From contig JBFWNL010000004.1 of the NCBI GenBank assembly GCA_050251055.1, forward strand, positions 13,863 to 45,862: a stretch of 32,000 bases of DNA, written 5' to 3'. A program made the position numbers and the translations under genes. Position 1 is the first letter of the stretch, and each line of letters starts with the position of its first letter. The notes below the pieces were generated by a model. It made no database searches. It was not told where the DNA came from and was given only the letters and a program-made list of their open reading frames with translations. Origin of the DNA: Bacteriovoracia bacterium (GTDB lineage Bacteria > Bdellovibrionota > UBA1018 > JBFWNL01). Shown here one piece after another: positions 24,943-32,000 of this stretch.

Positions 24943-25734
24943 CTAGTTCACCGTCAAGCGCGCGCGCTTGCGGTTCAAGTCATACATATGCTTTTGGAAC
25001 TTGGCGTATGCCTTCTTGTCGGTCGGCATCACGTCGGTCCAGGCGATCGAAGCCGACTGCACCGAGCGTACGCGAGCGCCGGCCAGGGCTGGACCCATCG
25101 CCGGGTTGAGCGCTTGGCTTGCGTCCACGAAGAACGCAATCCCGCTCGTGCCCGGAGCGACGCCGGTATAGATGCCGGCCACGCCCTGAACGCCGTTGCC
25201 AAAGTTAAAGCTCGGGAAGAAGTTGATCGGCACGCCGATGCCCGTGTTGAGCTGATCGATTCCGATCGCGACCCCGGCGACCGCCACTCCTTGGCCCAAG
25301 GCCAGGTAGACGCGGCTATTCGTGCTACCGCCCAGCGGGAAGACGAACACGGGGTTATTGCCGAGGCTGACTGGCAGCATCGTGCCGTTCGGTAAGAGCG
25401 CGTCGCCGACCTGAGCACCCGAAGCTTCGGTCACGTTGATCGAAGCGACGAGCTCGGTTCCGCCCCCGCCACCAAGGACGGGACGAAGCGCGACGCTTCC
25501 ATAAACGTGGTTCGGGTCATTGCGGTCCAAGATCGGAATTTCGATCGTGGGAAGCATCAAGGCTCCCGTGCCCATCGTAGCCACGAACGAAACATAGGTA
25601 TCGCCGTTCATCTGCGAGGTGTTCAGCTGGACATTGCGGATGAATCCGCCACCCTGGCCGCCTCCACCGCAGCCCATGAGCGCGACGCTCAAGGCAAACA
25701 CCGATCCCACTAAGGACTTTTGAATCCCTCTCAT
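24943..25734 (-). CDS. Predicted secreted lipoprotein of unknown function
   Basis: MRGIQKSLVGSVFALSVALMGCGGGGQGGG signal/lipobox; remainder unrecognised. Confidence 0.65.
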   Translation of the reverse strand: MRGIQKSLVGSVFALSVALMGCGGGGQGGGFIRNVQLNTSQMNGDTYVSFVATMGTGALMLPTIEIPILDRNDPNHVYGSVALRPVLGGGGGTELVASINVTEASGAQVGDALLPNGTMLPVSLGNNPVFVFPLGGSTNSRVYLALGQGVAVAGVAIGIDQLNTGIGVPINFFPSFNFGNGVQGVAGIYTGVAPGTSGIAFFVDASQALNPAMGPALAGARVRSVQSASIAWTDVMPTDKKAYAKFQKHMYDLNRKRARLTVN

Positions 25735-25877
25735 ATACCACCCTCCTGTTGTAGATATTGTTAAATTAGATTAACAATAATTGGATAATTTAACTGAACC
25801 GATTTTATCAGTCAATTAAAATGTATAGATCCTTCGGGATGGCTATTGAAATACTTTACTCAAATATTCTTGATGAA

Positions 25878-26381
25878 CTAAACTAGTTGAGATGAAGAGG
25901 CTTTTTCTTTTTTTCGGATATAGACCGTATTCGCGACCTCAGCCACGACACGGCCGCGCTTATCTTTAAACGAGTAGAAAAACGTATGAGTGGAAGACCC
26001 CTTCGACTGGAGTGCAGTTTTGATCTGACTCACGTCATCCTCAGAGATCGTCACAATCAGGTCCAGCCTTCCTTTACCGGGCTTCAGGAACTCGACCTTC
26101 TGTGATTTCGTCCAAACCTGCGTCCCAGGGATAATCCGCGCCAATAGAAGCACCGGCAAAGGGTCCGACACGGCGCAGATAAAACCCCCAAAAATCGTCC
26201 CGTGCATATTGCCGCTGTACCAGCGCTGGGGGAGCTGCAGGTGGAGCTTACGGTAATCCTTCGCCACGCTCTTCACGGTCACCCCCATGAAAAAGAAAGG
26301 CGGGTAGAGTTCGAGCAGCTTTTTTTCCGGGAGAAGTTTCAGCCCGCTGAGGAAGTTCACGAAGTTCATGGCTGCCCTCAT
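25878..26381 (-). CDS. DUF4442/PaaI-like hotdog-fold protein (start reassigned from 26591 to 26381 to avoid overlap with prs)
   Basis: MRAAMNFVNFLSGLKLL...YSGNMHGTIFGGFICAVSDPLPVLLLARII; the N-terminal 70 aa of the track ORF run antisense into prs. Confidence 0.65.
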   Translation of the reverse strand: MRAAMNFVNFLSGLKLLPEKKLLELYPPFFFMGVTVKSVAKDYRKLHLQLPQRWYSGNMHGTIFGGFICAVSDPLPVLLLARIIPGTQVWTKSQKVEFLKPGKGRLDLIVTISEDDVSQIKTALQSKGSSTHTFFYSFKDKRGRVVAEVANTVYIRKKEKASSSQLV

Positions 26382-26418
26382 TATTGCACGATTCCGGTAG
26401 ATGGGATAGCAATCCCAA

Positions 26419-27369
26419 ATGCGAAAAAGAGACTGGATCGTGCTGTCTGGCAACTCCAACCCGGGACTTGCCCAAGCCGTCTGCCAAACGCTCGACAAGC
26501 CGCTCGCGAAGGCCGAAGTGAAGCGCTTCAGTGACGGCGAAGTCTTCATCGAGATCGGCGAAAACGTACGCGGCCGGGATGCGTACATCATTCAGAGCAC
26601 GTGCCCACCCACGAACGATAACCTGATGGAACTCCTGATCATGATCGACGCGCTCAAGCGCGCCAGCGCGAAGGAGATCACCGCGATCCTCCCATACTTC
26701 GGTTATGCGCGCCAAGACCGCAAGGTCGCGCCGCGCACGCCGATCACGGCGCGTCTCGTGGCCGATCTGATCGCCAAAGCCGGCGCCACCCGCGTGGTCG
26801 CCGTCGACCTGCACGCGGGACAGATCCAAGGCTTCTTCGACATTCCTTCCGACAACCTGTTCGCGATGCCCGTGCTGCTCGACTACATCAAGAACGAGCT
26901 CACGAAGCATGCTCCGCTCGTGATGGTCAGCCCCGACGCCGGAGGCGTGGAGCGCGCGCGCGCCTACGCCAAACGCATCGATGCCACTGTCGCCATGATC
27001 GATAAGCGCCGCCTGCGCGCCAACGAAGCCAAGGCCATGAACGTGGTCGGTGACGTAAAGGACATGACGGCCGTGCTGATCGACGACATGATCGACACCG
27101 CCGGCACCCTCACCGAGGCCGCCCACGCCGTGATGAAAAACGGGGCTAAAGCCGTTTACGCGGTGGCCACCCACGGCGTGCTCTCGGGCCCCGCCGTGAA
27201 GCGCATCCAGGAATCCATCATCCAACAGGTGATCGTCACCGATACGATCCCGCTCAGCCCGGAAGCCGCGGCCTGCGGAAAGATCAAGCAGATCTCCATG
27301 GCGAAGGTACTGGCCCAGGCGATCGAGCGCATCCGCAACTACGACAGCTTGAGCAACCTGTTCGTCTAA
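26419..27369 (+). CDS. prs: Ribose-phosphate pyrophosphokinase
   Basis: LSGNSNPGLAQAVCQTLDKPLAKAEVKRFSDGEVFIEI; YFGYARQDRKVAPRTPITARLVADLI; PDAGGVERARAYAKR; IDDMIDTAGTL. Confidence 0.97.
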   Translation: MRKRDWIVLSGNSNPGLAQAVCQTLDKPLAKAEVKRFSDGEVFIEIGENVRGRDAYIIQSTCPPTNDNLMELLIMIDALKRASAKEITAILPYFGYARQDRKVAPRTPITARLVADLIAKAGATRVVAVDLHAGQIQGFFDIPSDNLFAMPVLLDYIKNELTKHAPLVMVSPDAGGVERARAYAKRIDATVAMIDKRRLRANEAKAMNVVGDVKDMTAVLIDDMIDTAGTLTEAAHAVMKNGAKAVYAVATHGVLSGPAVKRIQESIIQQVIVTDTIPLSPEAAACGKIKQISMAKVLAQAIERIRNYDSLSNLFV

Positions 27370-27379
27370 AGGTGAGCGC

Positions 27380-27964
27380 GTGAAGTTGGTAGTCGGCCTT
27401 GGCAATCCCGGTCCCCGTTATGAAACCACCCGTCACAATGCGGGTTTTTTGGCCGTGGATTCGCTCGTCGACCGTTGGCGGGCGCAAGGCCCCGTCACCA
27501 AATTCCAAGGCGAGGTCTACCAGGCTGAGCACAAAGGCGAAAAAGTGATCATTGCTAAGCCGCAAACGTTTATGAATGTTTCGGGCGCTTGCGTGGCCGA
27601 GCTTTTTAATTTCTATAAGTGCCGGCCGGAAGACCTCATCGTGATTTACGACGAGCTCGACCTGCCGCCGCTCACCCTGCGCCTGAAAACCGGGGGGGGC
27701 GCCGGCGGGCATAATGGCATCAAATCCATCGATTCCCGCCTAGGCGATGCGAACAATAAATACCATCGCGTGCGCATCGGCATCGGCAAGCCCACACGCC
27801 CTTCGCAGGGCGACGGCGCTGACTACGTGCTCGCACCCTTCACGGACGACGAATTGGTAAAACTGAACGAGATCCTGGATCCCATCGGGGCGGCCGTCGA
27901 GCTGCTGATCGAGGGAAAGGCGGCGGAAGCCATGAACCGTTACAACCGGAAAGAGGAAGCATAA
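27380..27964 (+). CDS. pth: Peptidyl-tRNA hydrolase
   Basis: [25 protein letters not shown]; [13 protein letters not shown]; [13 protein letters not shown]. Confidence 0.96.
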   Translation: MKLVVGLGNPGPRYETTRHNAGFLAVDSLVDRWRAQGPVTKFQGEVYQAEHKGEKVIIAKPQTFMNVSGACVAELFNFYKCRPEDLIVIYDELDLPPLTLRLKTGGGAGGHNGIKSIDSRLGDANNKYHRVRIGIGKPTRPSQGDGADYVLAPFTDDELVKLNEILDPIGAAVELLIEGKAAEAMNRYNRKEEA

Positions 27965-29064
27965 TGGGTTTTCAATGCGGCATCGTAGGTCTGCCTAACG
28001 TGGGAAAATCCACGATCTTCAACGCGCTTACATCGGCTAAGGCCGAAGCGGCGAACTTTCCCTTCTGTACGATCGACCCGAACACGGGCATCGTGAAGGT
28101 TCCGGATCCCCGGCTCGATAACATCTCCCAGTACATCAAACCGAAGTCGCTCGTGCCTACCTCCATGACGTTCGTCGACATCGCGGGCCTGGTAAAGGGC
28201 GCATCCAAGGGGGAGGGTCTGGGCAACCAGTTCCTGGCCCACATCCGTGAGACCCAGGCTACCGCCCACGTCGTGCGCTGCTTCGCCGACCCGAACGTGA
28301 TCCATGTCGAGGGCTCCGTGAACCCGCTGCGCGACATCGAAGTGATCGACACCGAGCTCATGCTCGCCGACCTCGAAACCGTCAGCAAGAAATTCGAAGC
28401 CACGAAAAAAGCCGCGCGCACCGGCAACAAGGACGCCGCCGCTATCTTCGGCGTCCTGGAGCCGGTGAAGAACGCGCTGGAGGCCGGCAAGCCCGTGCGC
28501 TCGCTGAAGCTGTCTCCGGAAGAACTCGCGCGCATCGCCGATTTCCATCTCATCACGGCGAAGAAAGTCATGTACGTCGCCAACGTCGACGATTCCGACC
28601 TTGAAAACCCCGACGCCAATCCGCACGTGAAAACGCTGCAGGAATACGCGAAGAAAGAAGGCTCCCCCGTGGTCGTGATCTGCGGGAAAATCGAGTCGGA
28701 AATATCCGAGCTTGGCGCCGAAGAGAAGAAGCAGTTCTTGCAAGAGCTCGGGCTGAAGGAGCCGGGACTCAACCGCGTTATCCGCGCGGGGTATGAGCTA
28801 CTGGGGCTGAAAACCTATTTTACCGCCGGAGAAAAGGAAGTCCGCGCCTGGACCTTCCCCGAAGGCTTCAAGGCGCCCCAATGCGCGGGCGTGATCCACT
28901 CGGATTTCGAGCGCGGATTCATCAAGGCCGAGGTCTACCATTACGAGGATCTGATGAAGCACAAGAGCGAAGCGGCGATCCGCGACGCGGGCGCCCTACG
29001 CCTCGAAGGCAAAGAATACGTCGTGAAAGACGGCGACGTCATGCACTTCCGTTTCGCGGTCTAG
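27964..29064 (+). CDS. ychF: Ribosome-binding ATPase YchF
   Basis: [18 protein letters not shown]; [28 protein letters not shown]; C-terminal TGS domain [37 protein letters not shown]. Confidence 0.97.
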   Translation: MGFQCGIVGLPNVGKSTIFNALTSAKAEAANFPFCTIDPNTGIVKVPDPRLDNISQYIKPKSLVPTSMTFVDIAGLVKGASKGEGLGNQFLAHIRETQATAHVVRCFADPNVIHVEGSVNPLRDIEVIDTELMLADLETVSKKFEATKKAARTGNKDAAAIFGVLEPVKNALEAGKPVRSLKLSPEELARIADFHLITAKKVMYVANVDDSDLENPDANPHVKTLQEYAKKEGSPVVVICGKIESEISELGAEEKKQFLQELGLKEPGLNRVIRAGYELLGLKTYFTAGEKEVRAWTFPEGFKAPQCAGVIHSDFERGFIKAEVYHYEDLMKHKSEAAIRDAGALRLEGKEYVVKDGDVMHFRFAV

Positions 29065-29076
29065 GGCCCAGCGAGC

Positions 29077-29604
29077 TTAATTGTTCTCGAATTGGTCGAG
29101 GGCGGCGTTCAGCGCCTGATCGACGAAGGGCTGACTGCAGCTGCCGCCACCGGCAGAAATCAGGACCGTTCCTGGGGAAACGCTCACGCGCTCGTCCACC
29201 GCATAGACTTCCACCCCGTTCGCGCTTTGATAAACCGAACCGCGCGCGTCCACGCAAAGCGTGGGCGAATCCAGCTTAACGCTGTCCCGCAAGCCGATCG
29301 TATCGACTAGGCAGAAGTCGTTCGCTTGAACGACGTCCTCCCGGTATACCCCGATCACTCCCAGACTGATCCCTTGGTTACTGGATTCAACGCTCGTACC
29401 GGCGAATGATTTGCATCGCCCATCCTGGTCGGACGAGCCCGTGGGGTTCGGACGCGGATTTTGCACGGCTTGGCGGTACACGCCCAGGTCGCTGCGCATA
29501 AGCAAATCCGAACAACCATTAAAAAGAAAGAGCGCGGGAATAACCGCTAGGCGCGCAATTTGCGCGATCGGGAGAACGTGCGAAGAAACGCGTTGTTTTT
29601 CCAT
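29077..29604 (-). CDS. Predicted lipoprotein, unknown function
   Basis: Hydrophobic segment ending in lipobox-like LFLFNGC near the N-terminus. Confidence 0.6.
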   Translation of the reverse strand: MEKQRVSSHVLPIAQIARLAVIPALFLFNGCSDLLMRSDLGVYRQAVQNPRPNPTGSSDQDGRCKSFAGTSVESSNQGISLGVIGVYREDVVQANDFCLVDTIGLRDSVKLDSPTLCVDARGSVYQSANGVEVYAVDERVSVSPGTVLISAGGGSCSQPFVDQALNAALDQFENN

Positions 29605-29691
29605 AACCCTTGAATCCTCATCCTTGCCCCCAATAACTCCTCTATTTTATCGCACCGACGGATAAAGAAAAGTAGGTCATCCGGGACACGC

Positions 29692-32000
29692 CTAAAGATA
29701 GGACGTATCGGTCTTAGGGAGGTCATTCGAGGTCGGGAACGGTCCGCTCATGCCCCAAAAGTAATCCAGGGACTCGAGCCGTACTCCGTTCAGGCGGTAG
29801 CTGTACCAGAAATAATTTCGGATGATCGACGCGACGTATTCGCGCGTTTCCGTGAAAGGGATGGACTCCACGAACTCGAGCAGTCCCCATTTCGGCTTCG
29901 CGGCCTGCAACCACTTCTTCGCCCGGTGTGGGCCAGCATTATAGCCGGCCAGCGAGAGCGCGATGTTGCCTTTGAACTGACTCAACAGGGAAGCGAAGTA
30001 TTTGCAGCCAACCCGCACGTTGACCTCTGGCTGCACGACTTCCGTCTGAAAAACCGTATCGTCGGTTTCGACGGCCGTGAATGGCATGAGCTGCATGAGT
30101 CCCAGCGCGCCCGACGACGAAATCGCATCGGCTTCAAACGCCGACTCTTGCTTGATGAGGCTCAGGACCAGCAAGGGATCCAAGCGCGCGTCCAGCGCCT
30201 GCTTCTGGATAACGTCTCGGTAGGCGAGCGGAAAGATCGAACGAAGGCCATAAGTGGAAACCAGCTCGCGGGATCCGCGCTGCAACAGCTCGCCGATGAT
30301 TCGGAACGACTGCAGGTAATTCATCTGCGCGTCGTTCTGGGCCACGAGATACATCAGGTAAGGCGCCGGCAAGGCGGAGCGCGCGGACAGCTGCTGCATC
30401 TCGGTGGACGCGGCCTCGTGGGCATTCTCGGCGAAAAACATCTCCGCCCGATCCAGGGCTTGCAGCTCCTTGGCCTCCAGGAAAGGCGCGCGCGGCTGCA
30501 CCTTGGGCAGCGAGGCGTCGATGTAAGACTCCAAACGAATGCCCGAGGCATAAGACGCCAGAATTCCGTAATAACTCAAGGGCGAGCCTTCGATCACGCT
30601 TTGGTAAGCCTTCTTGGCGTCTTCCCCCCGGCCTTTTCCCTCGAAGATCTTCCCCACCCAGAACAGGGCACGGAACTTCATCTGCGACTGCGGGAAGTCC
30701 GCCAGGAACTGTTGGAACTTATCGAGTGCGTCCGAAGCATCGCCTTCCAGATAGGCGCCCATCGCCTCGTCGAACGCCAGGCGGTCCTTGTCGCCGGACT
30801 TGTAATCAACGAACTTCCTCCCGTAGTAAGGCGCCTTCGGCAGCTGCGTAATCTCGGGGGATAGCTTCGCCAGCTCCTTGAACTCCCGCGAAGCGTGCGG
30901 ATAGATCTGCGCGATCTTCGGCACCCAGGCCGAGCAGAGGCTCGCTTCCTTCTTTTTGCAGACTTGAAAATAAGCAAGCACCGCCGGAAACGGCACCTTT
31001 ACCATGAACCGCTTGGTCGGAATCCGGGAAAAGGCGCTTTCGAACTGGCGCAGGGATCCATTCCAGTCCTTTGCCCCAACCGCGGCCTGTGCCAACACGA
31101 GCTCCGCTCCCGCCACGAGCTCCGGCACGCGATCCAAAAGCGGTGAGGTCGCGTTCGCCAGCGCGATGCGCGAGGCCGACTCCATCGCGGCGCGGGCCAA
31201 ACCCGAGGGTGACTTCGCCTCCGTCTTCCCTTTCTTACCGCGCGAAGCCAACGCCGCCTGGGCTTCCCCCAGGTGGATGCTCGCTTCCAGGAAATGGGCG
31301 TAATCCGCGAACCACGGATCCGCGGTCAGGTCTTGAACTTGCTCTCGCACGGTGCCGTATTTTTTTTTGGCCAACGCCTTAAACGCCGCGGCCAGCCGTC
31401 GCGCTGATTTATGACGCCGGTTCTTACCGATGGCATCGAGCACCTGATCGACAAACTGAGGCGTGGACAAATCGAGCTCGACGCTTAACTTCGTCGGCGC
31501 CACGGTCTCCGCCCCCTTGGCGGGCTTCGAAGCCGCTTTGCGGTTGGAAGGGGAGGCGTGGGCTTCGAGATATCCGCCCGCCAACATCAAACTCCCGGCC
31601 AATCCCACCACCGCCGTCCAAGATTTCAAGCTCGTCACGGAAAATTCCTTCTTCACGTTCGTTAAAGCCGTTTTGCAATAACCCAGTTTCTTCCAGCCGC
31701 AAGGCGCGCATACCCGCTCATGGGCCTCGAAAGTCATTCGCTCCGCCAACCGCCGCTTCGCCTCGCGCCAGGTGTAAGTCTCGCCCGGACGCACGCCCAG
31801 GACCTCCGCATGTCCCCGATCCAACGTCTGGATCTTCTCCTCGGTTTCACATAAGCGTCCGCGGCGGTTGGGACAGGGCTCACAAATCGAATCGGTCGCC
31901 GCCTCGACCTCGATCTCGATGGCGTCACCTTGCGGCCGCTCACGCAACCGATCCACAATATCCTGGAAATTTCGGGTGAATACTTCCGAGTAACCCTTGC
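29692..32000 (-). CDS. DUF1284-like cysteine-rich region continuous in frame with an Slt-family lytic murein transglycosylase; open through the right window edge
   Basis: SLT: LDPLLVLSLIKQESAFEADAISSSGALGLMQLMPFTAVETD...NIALSLAGYNAGPHRAKKWL. N-term: KGYSEVFTRNFQDIVDRLRERPQGD...CEPCPNRRGRLC...VCAPCGWKKLGYC. No in-frame stop from 32000 to the SLT stop. Confidence 0.8.
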   Translation of the reverse strand, partial: KGYSEVFTRNFQDIVDRLRERPQGDAIEIEVEAATDSICEPCPNRRGRLCETEEKIQTLDRGHAEVLGVRPGETYTWREAKRRLAERMTFEAHERVCAPCGWKKLGYCKTALTNVKKEFSVTSLKSWTAVVGLAGSLMLAGGYLEAHASPSNRKAASKPAKGAETVAPTKLSVELDLSTPQFVDQVLDAIGKNRRHKSARRLAAAFKALAKKKYGTVREQVQDLTADPWFADYAHFLEASIHLGEAQAALASRGKKGKTEAKSPSGLARAAMESASRIALANATSPLLDRVPELVAGAELVLAQAAVGAKDWNGSLRQFESAFSRIPTKRFMVKVPFPAVLAYFQVCKKKEASLCSAWVPKIAQIYPHASREFKELAKLSPEITQLPKAPYYGRKFVDYKSGDKDRLAFDEAMGAYLEGDASDALDKFQQFLADFPQSQMKFRALFWVGKIFEGKGRGEDAKKAYQSVIEGSPLSYYGILASYASGIRLESYIDASLPKVQPRAPFLEAKELQALDRAEMFFAENAHEAASTEMQQLSARSALPAPYLMYLVAQNDAQMNYLQSFRIIGELLQRGSRELVSTYGLRSIFPLAYRDVIQKQALDARLDPLLVLSLIKQESAFEADAISSSGALGLMQLMPFTAVETDDTVFQTEVVQPEVNVRVGCKYFASLLSQFKGNIALSLAGYNAGPHRAKKWLQAAKPKWGLLEFVESIPFTETREYVASIIRNYFWYSYRLNGVRLESLDYFWGMSGPFPTSNDLPKTDTSYL

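Noticed and set aside
26248-27405. 385-aa minus-strand ORF opposite prs
   Set aside because: His/Val/Asp/Gly-rich shadow translation; prs on the plus strand is unambiguous and extends through the same region.
27940-28772. 267-aa and 266-aa minus-strand ORFs opposite ychF
   Set aside because: Antisense artefacts of a highly conserved GTPase gene.

Overview
The window looks like a chromosomal segment of a high-GC, flagellated Gram-negative bacterium, plausibly Bdellovibrionota-like (inference from gene content only). Left part, mainly minus strand: a glycosyltransferase-9 fragment, a TPR protein, a small flagellar-chaperone-like protein, fliS, fliD, an LpxH-like phosphoesterase, a FlaG-like protein, a TetR regulator (plus strand), a TonB-like protein and two tandem flagellins, each preceded by a good sigma-28-like promoter, then meaB and a lipoprotein. 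The centrepiece is a compact plus-strand cluster at about 11.8-19.45 kb. It encodes a secreted/OM protein (CsgG/FlgO-like N-terminal region plus beta-barrel-like C-terminus), a TPR lipoprotein, an 807-aa protein joining two duplicated extracytoplasmic CxxxC modules, a transmembrane helix and a cytoplasmic FliG-like region, a standalone cyclic-nucleotide-binding protein, MotA, MotB, and a zinc-ribbon/TM/SH3-like protein. I read this as a candidate non-canonical envelope-spanning, stator-driven machine with a membrane-anchored FliG-like partner; this is the main novelty candidate. Right part: PMT/ArnT-like glycosyltransferase, M14 carboxypeptidase, DedA, xerC, trmFO, lipoproteins, a hotdog-fold protein, prs-pth-ychF, and a lytic transglycosylase whose reading frame is continuous with an upstream cysteine-rich DUF1284-like region running off the window. 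No rRNA, tRNA, CRISPR array or transposon was recognised.
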